Origin: Trypanosoma brucei
Taxonomy: Eukaryota
Direction of reading: 5' to 3'
Assembly: GCA_000002445.1 (NCBI GenBank)
Contig: CP000071.1
Span: forward strand, 928,001 to 992,000
DNA: 64,000 nucleotides
Numbering within the stretch: the stretch's first letter is position 1; every line of letters starts with the position of its first letter. The notes below the pieces were generated by a model that saw nothing but the letters and a program-made list of their open reading frames with translations, was not told the DNA's origin and searched no databases. Shown here piece by piece: positions 21,301 through 31,089 of the stretch. Both the position numbers and the translations under genes were made by a program.

Positions 21301-21778
21301 TACACGCGAACCATTCATTTTATTCTTCTTCGACGAGTCGGCGGTTTCAACTACCATTGATATGGCATCTGCTGAGGGCAAGGTTGAGAGACATCGAGGC
21401 CAGTATTGGGCAACTGCGCGAACAGAGTGGAGGTTGGCACTTGAGAAGCCCGAAGAGTTTGTTTCGCTTGAGCTACCGCTGATCAATAAGCAGGGACTCC
21501 CAATAAAGGGCGCCACCGTGCGTGTGAGGCTGCTTGCCACTTGTAAGGGTGAAGGTCCCCAAGGTGAGAATCCTGCTCAAAGGGAACCGCAAAGCTTGTT
21601 GGGCGTTGCAGCAAGACTACCTGAGCACCGCACAAGGGGTTTTGAGGGTGCCGCCACTGCGGTTGAAGCCCGCGTTGTGGGAATTGCAACGAATCTTGAT
21701 GTCCAGGGATGTGAGTGTCCCGAGGATTCCATAGATATGGAGATAATGCGACACCAGTTGGGTTCCTTTATTCCTTGA
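18308..21778 (+). CDS. large coiled-coil hypothetical protein (1156 aa)
   Basis: Clean ATG ORF. Heptad-rich N-terminal ~600 aa (repeated LxxLxxE..R patterns, Q/E/R/L rich), then a Ser-rich linker and a globular C-terminal region. No named family recognised. Confidence 0.55.
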   Translation: MSGRRGTVRSAEEWRDAFYNLDERHRQLQRKLNEQEREMKLLKVSQRRRSAPAAAALPGDANRSTPAVAQAQSGGVREVPSGVKSRLEDPVGLSTENSRGRNPERSVQFVGVPSAARREDAAAAAAEIANIYSGAPPPDPSMVWGMENSIQNYVTANALYHANEEMRQRLEDCVAVVKSLQHELAASRVLSKNTQSRLDEATQQIQQLVRERDIACQKLSVAQNATAELERQQKQTSVEEERIRFSLESQVTELRNRLVVGADSNELLSRDVRTLLAEVQEKTTTIQGLRSKLSLAETALASQRHTNENLLAEFRSLNSQLVEERKRLLAMTQEVHLANMRAGDIRDAEARLAAVVNDRTALEREHARLMESLVTVTEGALAMARAEVKQDLDEFRGSAAHWEEVAQLLYKDIAQRTQAHIHCREECEEAKRARDEAAVALRVANDELRSHRLKLDIVWPTHRADTDGLTHEQMLSIFGRYNVGARRGSQMQQQQQSEQHRLSPAEPTLPDGKPQLYDDNVALYGRDFVTALQGAPLDEQVRELQEANSALVAELQRLQVTNELQKERLRSLESQLQRRQEAVETATAELKEREMAGQTFLQSQLDRVSFLEAQVRSLRGYSISPTKSLCEVEGNETVFELFVGQILSTETPAGVELRNTFPPVFCSIDFLLHETVTTPVVAGLNAFLDTSVSFCVAMDALLLCYLQTRQLLLQLHCVRSQEELGETMVDNDETGKLCIGERLYTTVAEGSVSLSALVADPKQLEADRPSIRGHVPLRDGFGHHIASVEFAVTVRTPFSEAFRALAAEGTRSWSLAKHEEQQQMVQDPVSTVLAASSSRSSPLVAVVQRDSPICEQVEGGSEVRSVRAVSTPRHERRMVLVPTPHRSNATGPISSTSSSNTLLERSSSFTLVPRAAAIAAASAPNTVQALVVDVCKLKLPHDLYPVPRLSCYYALEPLGCNLYLHAPPTARYEYEYLQEGGFNGKRFPIGSLRELLAVTREPFILFFFDESAVSTTIDMASAEGKVERHRGQYWATARTEWRLALEKPEEFVSLELPLINKQGLPIKGATVRVRLLATCKGEGPQGENPAQREPQSLLGVAARLPEHRTRGFEGAATAVEARVVGIATNLDVQGCECPEDSIDMEIMRHQLGSFIP

Positions 21779-22349
21779 GGATGGACGTGGAGAACGGCTT
21801 AATGAAACTGCGATACACAGCGCGCGATATATATATATATAATTGTTATTATTGCGTGGAGTTTATTTTCTTTGTCACTGTTAATCGTTTGCCCATCTCC
21901 GGTGGATGCACCGCCAAGTTGCCGCCAGCCCTTGGAATGGTGAGTTCGACTGTCCCGTGACAGGGAAATGAAGGGGGAAGAAGAGAGTTGTGCGTACCTC
22001 TTCGTTTCGGGTGCGGTGCGGTGGTTACTGCGGACGTTTCCAGATATTAATATTCGTTTGCTTAATCCAAACATTTCCCTCTTTTGCTGTCGTAGTCTCC
22101 CCCTTTTTTTCGACCTGAATAGGCGACGTTTTGCGGAGCGTATATAGCTGGTCGCGTACGCACTTGTTTTCAGGGATATATCTACAGATCTACGGATTGG
22201 GCAGTGCTCACCCTACGAGCCCACTGTGGTGCGTTTGGTTACAGTTCTGTTGTTCCTCCAACCTTCAGGGCTGTGTTGGTGGAAGGACGGAAAGGCAAAA
22301 GGAAAAAGAAGGGAAAAGGTATCTCTACGAAGTGAAAAGCAGCTTTCAT

Positions 22350-23294
22350 ATGCCTCCGCCGCCATTCAGTGGATCCAACGTTGTGGATGCAAAGGAGGCC
22401 ACCAAACTGACAGTCGGTCCTCCGGAGGATCTTTGCGTAAGATCTCAGGGACCTGCTTCAGGGGCTAAATTACAGCACAAACCGGCGACTTTACCAGGGA
22501 GCACAAGCGGCAGCCGCTGGGGTCGGCCCCCTCAAAAGACATTGTCCCGGCCAGCCCTAACCTCTAAACCGGGCACGACGGTGAAGCCAAGGCCTCGGCC
22601 CCTTCCATTGCAGTCGAGTGAAGGAACGTCCACACCTGCAATTGCAACAGAGTTAAATAAGGAAAAGAGGGCGAAGGAGCAGGGGGCTCCCCCGGCCCCC
22701 AGGCCTGTTGTTGGTGCTGGTAAGAAGGTAACAGTAGCGGTGGCTCCGACGGAGAAAACGGAGGAGGCGAACCCCCCGGCGCCCGCTTCATCTTTTCTTG
22801 ATGATATGCCTGTAGAGGCGTGTCTGGAGTATCTGACGCGGCCCCATCGCTCGTGGGAAAGTGCCACACGAATTAGAGAATTACAAAAACAGCGCGCCGA
22901 AAACAGCAGCCGCGCGGCCAGAAGAAGGAGTGCTTCCAATTCCCTGTCTTCCTCCATGCAGTTCTCAGCCTCCTCTTCCGTCGGGAATATGAGTGCCCAC
23001 AGTGCCCCGCCCGCCTTCGGCCGCTTCGGTACGGGTTCAACGCGTGCCGAAAGCAGGGGTGGTATTGTGCCGCGTGCGCGGTTTGGTGCACTGCCGGGTG
23101 CGAAACCTGAACCTGAGGGCCTTATGGTGGGTGGTACTTCCGTCGTTGTGAGTGGAGGTCAACTGCCGTTACGGCTGCAGCCCCCACTATCATTTGGCGA
23201 ATGCCGTAGTGCAACAGCAGGGAGTGTTGGGTTTCGACCACATGGCGAAAGGTGTGGTGGTGGGCCGCAGGGGTTTTCATTTTCGATGCAGTGA
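22350..23294 (+). CDS. hypothetical Pro/Ser/Ala-rich low-complexity protein
   Basis: The ORF track begins at 22131, but the first 70 codons look like UTR (no ATG context). The first plausible ATG (MPPPPFSGSNVVDAKE) is at 22350. Composition is biased, so coding status is uncertain. Confidence 0.3.
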   Translation: MPPPPFSGSNVVDAKEATKLTVGPPEDLCVRSQGPASGAKLQHKPATLPGSTSGSRWGRPPQKTLSRPALTSKPGTTVKPRPRPLPLQSSEGTSTPAIATELNKEKRAKEQGAPPAPRPVVGAGKKVTVAVAPTEKTEEANPPAPASSFLDDMPVEACLEYLTRPHRSWESATRIRELQKQRAENSSRAARRRSASNSLSSSMQFSASSSVGNMSAHSAPPAFGRFGTGSTRAESRGGIVPRARFGALPGAKPEPEGLMVGGTSVVVSGGQLPLRLQPPLSFGECRSATAGSVGFRPHGERCGGGPQGFSFSMQ

Positions 23295-24568
23295 TGTAGC
23301 AAGTGCTTCCGGCTTCCACCTCATTCTTTTTTTTTTCGCGGTGTATGTACTTTGGCGTGCGCTTAGGTATCACCTCCTTCACTTTAATGAGAATATGTGC
23401 CTCGGGAGGATTTGGACGGGGCTTCGGTGAGGATTCGGTTGCATATGTATTCAGTTGAGGTATGAAGGGCAACTGAGAAAGTGAAGCTTCCTGTCTGTCA
23501 CCTCTTTTTCAACACTTTTACTTTGCTGTGTTTGTAGTGTAACGCTTCTTTGACAGCGGCTGTTCGCTCCCGTTGTTAAAGTGTCATGATAAAAGGATCA
23601 ACTGGACAAATGTGCTGCTATAAAGTAACGTAACACCGGAAGAGGGAATATTTAGATTAGGAAAGTGGTACCAGGCGAGGCGGGGCTCAAGTTATGAGGT
23701 GATAAACAGTGCAAGACGTTGCAGCGCAGGCGGAAACCGAAGGCACTAGTGTACTTCAACAGTCGGATTACACCTCAGTCGCTTCGGCAGCGGTCATAGA
23801 CATAAGGCCATATATTATTGCCATTTTTATTATTGTTACATTCTATCCTTCTTTTTTTCTTGTATGCCACTTCACTTTTTCTCTTTTAGTTACCAATATC
23901 CCTCACTTTTCACTGTTCCCACTCATGGATGCATTTTCACCCCCTTTTCATTATGTTGCCGGTCACACAATTGTTCTCCAACCATTTCCACAGATCATGC
24001 CCCACCTCAATATAATTTCATTCCTTGTCTTACCCCTGGGGATAGCAACAGGAAGGGAAGGTGCAAACAGTTAAACACATTTTTGTGAGTGTGGTCACTG
24101 CACGCCCAACTGAAGGTGGGTGAGAGGAAAGGAAGGAGTGCTCGTACGTGTTTGGGGGTGGGGGTAAATCGACAAAATCCGTCTCTCGCATTTCACGTGC
24201 CCACGAACTCTATCCCTCCCCCACCTTACCTAAAGATTGGATGGACAGCGACAACACGGACGGAAGCACCCACAAAATTGAATTCAAGAGAAAAAACTTG
24301 TTTTGTTGTTGTTGTTGTTGGAGATAGGTGTTGGTGGAGGCTAAAGAAAAGGTGGTGTCCCGCAGTGGGGGTCCCAGAAGTTGACCAGTTAGACGCCTTG
24401 GCACCATATTGTTATCACGATTACTGAATAGAACACAATTTATATATATATATACTATAAAGAGAGCGCACCGACAATAAACTGCTAAGGAAGTAATAGT
24501 AAAAAAAGAGTTTTACTCAGGTGAAAAAGGAGGCGACAAAAGTGAAGATCCGGGTGGCAGACTGTGCG

Positions 24569-27500
24569 ATGGTTACCACTGGTCTTAGTCCTGGGGCACT
24601 GTCCTTGCTACAAAATGCTGGCATTAACTTGAAGGATTTTTCCAGAGCACAGGCAAGTTATGAAAAGCTTTGTGTCGAGCTCTCCAAGGGAGCATCCGCT
24701 GCTGGTGAAGGGGATGCGACCGCTGCGTCATCAATGGAAGACTTACAGCGCCTCTGTGACGCATGGGGGGAGTACACAGTTGTGGCTCAAGCATACTTTC
24801 GGAAGGTTTCCTTAGCTGCGTTGGAACAGCTAGTCAGTAGACCGCGAGGCGAGTCGTCCGCAACAGAGCGTGCTGAAAAGTTGAACGAGCTTTGTGCCAT
24901 AGGTGAGAAATGGCACGTTGGCAGGGAAACCATGTTCAAGCTTGATCACCCAGAGAAGCTGGCCGCAGTTGTGGTGGAGGCACTCGACTCCTCCAGTTGC
25001 ATCATGCGACTCCTTGCCTTACGGCTCGCCCGAATCTTCGCAGCAGACACTGAATTTCTTCGTTGCCTCTTTTCGAAAGGAGGTGCAGGACTTATTGGTA
25101 TGTGTTTTGACCATGAAAACACTACAGAGTTGGAGTACGTGCTAAGTTTGTGCAGGCGGCTGATTGAACTGCACAAGGCCTCCGCTGAACCATACCACGA
25201 ACTTCCCTTCGGTTGGGTTTACCGCATTGCGGCGCTACTCGACTTGCAGGATCCTGTGCCGAACCTTCTCCTCAAACGAAGGAGTCAAGCGCTCTGCGTC
25301 GCCGTGATGCTTCTTCGGCAGTTCCCACAGATGGCGACGACCGCGTCGCTACATATTACCCTCTTGCGGTACTGTATCGAAAAGGGTGCTGCCACTCGCG
25401 ATGAAGTACAATCTGTTCTTGAGGTGATTCTAGACATGTTTGATTCACCTGAGACACGACAGTATCTAGGTTACAATGACCTTGACGTTCTATACGCACC
25501 TTTTTTGTACTCAACCAACATGTGCAGTACGGAAGACTTAACCCTGATGAATGGAGCGAAAGAGGTACTGGTTATGCTGATGCGGAATTGGGTTGGTGTG
25601 TTGTGGGTGTGTTCCGAGACAAAAGGACTCCGTGCCGTGATTGACATTCTACATTTGCCATGTGATCTTGACAGAAAGATGGTACTACTAACACTTTTCA
25701 ACAAGTTGTTGTATCAGCTGGCACCGCACCGCGGTATAACGCTGGTGGAGCCGTGGCGGGGGTTTAAGGAAAAGCAGGAACTATTCCCGGCCACTCCCAA
25801 TGAACCTGCAGATTCTGAGGGGAGTTTTGTGCTTAACACTCCACTGGGGAGGGGGCATAACAGCAGCGAAAGCATGATCTCCGAACATGTATTTGGTGAT
25901 TGGTGCGATGAGCCGGATGAGTTTGTCCCGACAACCAAGGCGATCGGTTACCACGTGCTAGATCCCATTCTTGGTCGTGTGCTATTGATGCTCTCGCACC
26001 ATGGTCTTCCCATCGCATTGGTTTCAGTCATACAAGACCCCAACTCCAGCTCTGTCCTAACCCACGCCGCGCTATCACTTCTTCAGGACATGCTAACACT
26101 CATGGATACTGTGCTCCCTGAGAAGCCAGTGAAACGACTTCATACGGCACTTAATAAAGCTGTGGGTCGTCTCGCACTCGAGGGTTGTTTGTCGTTGGAG
26201 GGCGTTCTCTCCTCTCGGATCCCTCAACGAGGTAAAACAGCAAAGGGCATAGCAACCACCGCCACGGTCGCGGTTGGGAACGTGGTGGGGAGCGGGTGGG
26301 TGAGTGCACTTTCAACTGCCTCAGTAGCGACGTATGGTTTAGGCGCGTTGGAGCAAGACGATGCAGACTTCAAGAGGATGTTGAAGGATACGAATGTTGA
26401 GGGGGGGAATAGTTTTTTGTCATGGAACTATGACCTACTACTGCTACTTTTTCAGGGCCCACTAAAGAGCATCAGGAGGTTTCGGTGGGTGCTGAATGAA
26501 ACTCTGTTCTTTCGAAACCTCATTGCGTTCTACCTTCCAGTGATTAACACATCTACACGGACCTTTTTGACACTTCAGCCGAGGGAGGCCACTCCGCAAG
26601 TGTGCATGTTGGGGATGGTGATGCTTGACTTGTTCCTCTCTACGCGAGAAGGGACTGCTGCGCTTGATTCATTCGGCTTCAGCGGAGCCATGGCAGCCTG
26701 CCTTGAGGAAGTGATCCGAGGAACACCATATGTGCTAAATAAGCAACGTGTGGGAAAGCGTGTGGGGCAGACTCTACTCCGCATGGTTGGGAGGTACTCC
26801 ATGACGGCAAATGGTCTTGTGGTGCTAAAGGACTCAAACATGTTTTCTACCATCAATAGGATGTTTGTGGAGCTTTCTGGGGAACGGGTTAGCGCCCCGT
26901 ACCCCGATGACACCCTGCAGGAGGTTTGTCTTCAGCTTCTGCGTTGCATGAATCTTGGTGCCGTACCCAACTACGGAGTATGTGAATGGATTCGTCAAAT
27001 GTTTCGTTCAGCGCTATGCAATGAGTCCGACGAGATAAGGTTATGTGCTGTGAAGCAGCTGCGTGATGCCCTGTGGCGTGACTTCTCTACGTCCATGCGG
27101 TGGGGTATTGAAACGCTGGTCCAAGCTCTGCACGACGATCATTCCCGTGTTGTTGAGTGCGCCTTCAAACTCCTGTTGAACGTTTGCTTTTGTTCCGACG
27201 AGGCACTGGATTACCTCATTTCTCTTTCTCCAACAGTACTAATGGAGAGTGACACGATTCGAGAGAATGCCAAACAGCTTGACCTTAACACCTTGCTATA
27301 CTGCATCGTAGGGCGGCCATCAGGGTTCCGATTCCTGCAGTGCTACGGCTGGGTAGAGCAGGAATTACGCCGCTGGGAAGAAACGGAGTCGGCTAACCAT
27401 GTTACTACCGTGGAGAATATGCAATCTGGCCGCGCACTGGGGTCCGGGGCCGACTTTCGTGAAGGTATGAGCGCGTTGTTCCGTCATCGCCACAACCGCA

Positions 27501-28786
27501 CTTACTCCGACACAGGGTTGACCTTTCAGAAGCCCATCACGGCAACCGCCGGACCAGACTCACAAGTTACTCTACCATCTGGAATATTCCCAAGCCACTT
27601 TGCTGCGGTATTGTGTAAGTCCAACGAGGGGTGCACGCTCTTCAAGCACAGCAACCTGTGGCAACGATCCGTGCGACGGATACTTGAACAGCCAATGTTA
27701 CCTGATATTGTGTATGAGTGCGGAACATTTGGCGAGAGGGACAACATCGACGACGATGACGTGGATATGGACGGAACAACAGCGGATGACGATGACGCTA
27801 ATGCGCTGATTGAGGAGGATCCATCATTTGTAGGTCGTTGGGGCACGGAAGCAGCCAAAACTAGTACCGCCAAGCAGGATGAAAAGCACGCACTGCGCCT
27901 GTCGCGAGAGGGGCACCTTCCATCTTCTCATTCGGTGAAACTCCTATCCGCGTCCCGTGGCTATCAAGCGGCTGGACAGACCTACACCATTGAGTGTGTC
28001 GGGGACGTCAGCGAGCTAAAGGACGCCATACTTTGTGTGTGCCACGCCGCATCTAGCGACGCCGGCTTCTCTCTAATGCGTAGCGTGCCTATGTTGCAAA
28101 ATCAACTGATGGCGCTGTCGCGTTTTGCCGATACGGCAAGTGTTTCTAGTATTTGTATTGTTGGTAAATGTCTGCTTGCCCGCTCGAGGCGCGCTGCGGA
28201 GAAACTGACTGAGATATCCCACTACGTAGTAAACGAAAGTAACGCGTACATGAGTGCCGACGGTGTGCCGTACTCCGTTGCTTTTGCTGATAATCGACCG
28301 TCCAACTGGACGGCCATCGGTCGCCGCGACAATCCATCAAGGGTTTCGTGCTCGCCACCATACTTCGCCCACATGCGTTACGATGGAGAGATGGTGGATG
28401 GAAATTCAAAGAATGACGAAGAAACCACCGACTCGGTAGGCTCCACCCCTTCTCCAGTGGACTCTCGCGATTCCAGTACCTTCTGTGACGTTATTAAGGG
28501 CCTGAGTGCGACGTCGACCCGCATCCTTCACCACATCTTTGCACTTTCCAATCCTGTGCGCCGCGACGCTGCAAGACAGATGTTGTCGCAGACCCTAAAG
28601 CATCAACCCCATATCTTTGTGAATCCCCAAATGCGGTGGCTTCTTAGGCACTGCGCTCAGGCTTTTCGTATGCGGTATGACGACCGGAAATTCATAGCTA
28701 GCATATTGGAGGAAGCCCCACTTACAAAACCAACCCCACTAGTCCGTAAAACGGTTGTTTTCGTGCCGGAACCACAGCGTGGCTGA
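24569..28786 (+). CDS. RICTOR: RICTOR/AVO3 homologue (TOR complex 2 subunit)
   Basis: Several blocks align to conserved Rictor regions: DSPETRQYLGYNDLDVLYAPFLY (cf. human NHPKTRQYVRADVELERILAPYTD); LSWNYDLLLLLFQGPLKSIRRFRWVLNETLFFRNLIAFYLP (cf. WNWNLIGTILKWPNVNLRNYKDEQLHRFVRRLLYFYKP); RWGIETLVQALHDDHSRVVECAFKLLLNVC (cf. NWGIELLVTQLHDKNKTISSEALDILDEAC). The ORF-track GTG start at 24521 was corrected to the ATG at 24569. Confidence 0.7.
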   Translation: MVTTGLSPGALSLLQNAGINLKDFSRAQASYEKLCVELSKGASAAGEGDATAASSMEDLQRLCDAWGEYTVVAQAYFRKVSLAALEQLVSRPRGESSATERAEKLNELCAIGEKWHVGRETMFKLDHPEKLAAVVVEALDSSSCIMRLLALRLARIFAADTEFLRCLFSKGGAGLIGMCFDHENTTELEYVLSLCRRLIELHKASAEPYHELPFGWVYRIAALLDLQDPVPNLLLKRRSQALCVAVMLLRQFPQMATTASLHITLLRYCIEKGAATRDEVQSVLEVILDMFDSPETRQYLGYNDLDVLYAPFLYSTNMCSTEDLTLMNGAKEVLVMLMRNWVGVLWVCSETKGLRAVIDILHLPCDLDRKMVLLTLFNKLLYQLAPHRGITLVEPWRGFKEKQELFPATPNEPADSEGSFVLNTPLGRGHNSSESMISEHVFGDWCDEPDEFVPTTKAIGYHVLDPILGRVLLMLSHHGLPIALVSVIQDPNSSSVLTHAALSLLQDMLTLMDTVLPEKPVKRLHTALNKAVGRLALEGCLSLEGVLSSRIPQRGKTAKGIATTATVAVGNVVGSGWVSALSTASVATYGLGALEQDDADFKRMLKDTNVEGGNSFLSWNYDLLLLLFQGPLKSIRRFRWVLNETLFFRNLIAFYLPVINTSTRTFLTLQPREATPQVCMLGMVMLDLFLSTREGTAALDSFGFSGAMAACLEEVIRGTPYVLNKQRVGKRVGQTLLRMVGRYSMTANGLVVLKDSNMFSTINRMFVELSGERVSAPYPDDTLQEVCLQLLRCMNLGAVPNYGVCEWIRQMFRSALCNESDEIRLCAVKQLRDALWRDFSTSMRWGIETLVQALHDDHSRVVECAFKLLLNVCFCSDEALDYLISLSPTVLMESDTIRENAKQLDLNTLLYCIVGRPSGFRFLQCYGWVEQELRRWEETESANHVTTVENMQSGRALGSGADFREGMSALFRHRHNRTYSDTGLTFQKPITATAGPDSQVTLPSGIFPSHFAAVLCKSNEGCTLFKHSNLWQRSVRRILEQPMLPDIVYECGTFGERDNIDDDDVDMDGTTADDDDANALIEEDPSFVGRWGTEAAKTSTAKQDEKHALRLSREGHLPSSHSVKLLSASRGYQAAGQTYTIECVGDVSELKDAILCVCHAASSDAGFSLMRSVPMLQNQLMALSRFADTASVSSICIVGKCLLARSRRAAEKLTEISHYVVNESNAYMSADGVPYSVAFADNRPSNWTAIGRRDNPSRVSCSPPYFAHMRYDGEMVDGNSKNDEETTDSVGSTPSPVDSRDSSTFCDVIKGLSATSTRILHHIFALSNPVRRDAARQMLSQTLKHQPHIFVNPQMRWLLRHCAQAFRMRYDDRKFIASILEEAPLTKPTPLVRKTVVFVPEPQRG

Positions 28787-29730
28787 CGTATGTCGGGGAA
28801 CGAGCTAGGTAGTTTTTTTTATTGGGATGTTATGTGTGGCTACGTGTGCGACTACCGTTTTATCTCCGTTTCTGTTTTAGCCTTTGTGCGCGTGTGTGTG
28901 TGTGTTAACTTTTTTTGGAGTGGATGCAGGCAGTTGGTTGACGTGGGGTTAGGGTTTACGCGCTGACAGAAGTGGCTGTAGAGTATGGAAAGTCTTTGTA
29001 TCTGTGGAGGGGAAAAGGACGCTGTTTCAGCTGGGCAATTTTACTAGATGCGACAAGCTAGGCCGTGTGCACACCATATATATATTTATTTATTTATCAC
29101 ATTTACTTTTATTTCGTACCCTCTTCGTGAAGTGCGCTAATACGCATGAGAAGGCAGTACAAAGCACCCCCGGGTGCTGCTTCGTCAGTTCATTTACAAC
29201 TGTGCGCGCTGCTGGGAAAATTCTGCTTTACGCTTGCTTTACGACCGGCCGCTGTTACATAGTGAGGGGTTTCGATAGTCCCGTCCCGCTTCTCATTCTG
29301 TACTTTTTTCTTTCTGTTTTTACGATTGTGCATGTGGGTGTATCGTACGTGCGCCGAAACTGTGTGTGTGGGAGTGCTGGCTACCGCGTTGTCATTGAGC
29401 ATCGAGCCTAAGTCTGGAAAGCGTAGTTTTTTTGGTATCAGTGACGTTTGTGAGGGGGGGGCTGGAGGCCGTTTTTGGCGCCTTTGTCTTCACGCTTTGT
29501 GCTTTTGCTCTGTTTGCCTCCGCTGTTGAATACGTTTTAAAAGGATTTACTTCAGCGCTTACCCCCCGGTTTATATGTTTTCTTGTTTTATGTCTTCCTC
29601 GACTGTATATTGCTGCTAATTCGTGTGTTTGCTCTTGTTTGGTATAGGTTGTTGAAGGGAAACTGAGGTAACGTTGACGTGGGAAGAGTAATTGGAGGAA
29701 TATCCGACTGCGTGTTTTCTCGGTTGCACC

Positions 29731-30249
29731 ATGACGGACACCACCAAAGGTGCACTGAAACGAAGCAACACGCTCTTCCTTAGCGACGCGGAACAATTTG
29801 TTTTCGACTTTGGTGGGTCTGCGGGTGGCCGTGCCGTGAGCCCGGGCTCATCGCATGGAAGCGGAGGTCAACCCGGAGAAGGTGACGGGGAAAAGGGTAT
29901 TGAGGAGACCGATTTGGCTAACGGGAGGACCGGAGTGGTGACACCTTTCAGCGAAAGGGAAAGGACTGCTCCAGTGGCACCGTTAGACGCTGAGGAGGTG
30001 CAACGCTATTTTGATAAGGCTCTCAAGGGTGGTCGCCGAATATTACTTGAAAACGTACCCCTCGATGAGGCTATCGAGAAGTTTCAGCTCGGGTTGCGGC
30101 GCTACGAGGAGTGGTTGTGCAACCAAGCCAACAGCAGGAATCGAGGCGACTCGTCGAAGAGCCGTGGGGACCCCTTGAATGAAGGTTATCGTGGAAAACC
30201 GGGTGATGTAGCAAGGGACGCAAAGGATAGGAAACGCCCACGTTTGTAG
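29731..30249 (+). CDS. hypothetical protein (172 aa)
   Basis: ATG (MTDTTKGALK) inside the 29692 ORF. Sits in a gene-sized slot between RICTOR and EXO1. No family recognised. Confidence 0.3.
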   Translation: MTDTTKGALKRSNTLFLSDAEQFVFDFGGSAGGRAVSPGSSHGSGGQPGEGDGEKGIEETDLANGRTGVVTPFSERERTAPVAPLDAEEVQRYFDKALKGGRRILLENVPLDEAIEKFQLGLRRYEEWLCNQANSRNRGDSSKSRGDPLNEGYRGKPGDVARDAKDRKRPRL

Positions 30250-31089
30250 TGTTGTATTACTTGTGTTTCACTGAGGGGTTTTATTGTATGTGCGCGCTCA
30301 TGCTTGAGCTGCGATAAAAACAGTTGAAGTGGCGGTGTGCGTGTTGGGGACGCGGTTAAATCCCTTCGGGATGCGGTGAACATGGAGTTGCATGCGCGGT
30401 AGTTTTTTTAATTGCCGCTGTTTGGACCCGCGCCGTGGTCAAGCGCAAAATGAACATTATTTTAATTTTTGCAGTTTGTCTTGGGCTGACGAATAATGAT
30501 GGGTGCTTTGCGTGGTCTTTTTACGTCTTCTGTTTCCCAAATCCCCTGTCGACCCTATTTACTTTTTCCCCCCTCGTGCTGCTTGTGTAAGCAATTTATT
30601 TTAGGTTAAGTAGGTGATAGCGGTAAACTTGCCAAACACCTCCGGTCAAAAGGGTAGGGAAGGGATTACAGCGCGTTTCCGTTCTGAAGTCTCTGTTTGT
30701 AGCAGCGGCGAGTCAGTGAGCTAGTTTTTAGATATAAGCATCATTTTAGGTTTCTTTCTTTCCGTTCTCTGTCTTGTGTGTGTATCGTTTTGTGCGTATT
30801 CGGTACTATTAATTTCATTTGGCTCATCGCACTGTGATATCTGAGTTTCCCACGAAGGCTACGAAGGGCAAAACTTGTTAGAGTGCCGATCACGGAAAGC
30901 CTTTAGAAAGGTGGTGCACTCGGGAGTATTGTCGCAGTGTTGCCACTCCACTGGGAGGCACGAAGGAAAATTTGTACACATATATATTTGTTTATTTACA
31001 TTGTATTATTATAGGGGGAAGGAGTGCTGAACTTTTGGGCACTCAAACCTCGATTCCACCGTCTCTACGCCCACCGCCGTGCTGACACT

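Noticed and set aside
22131-22349. N-terminal 73 codons of the 22131-23294 ORF
   Set aside because: The region looks like 5' UTR, with no ATG until 22350 in a sensible context. Even the trimmed CDS is low-confidence because of extreme P/S/A bias.
23709-24074. A 121-aa + strand ORF in the spacer upstream of RICTOR
   Set aside because: The sequence is a polypyrimidine-tract translation (FIIVTFYPSFFLVCHFTFSLL...), not a plausible protein.
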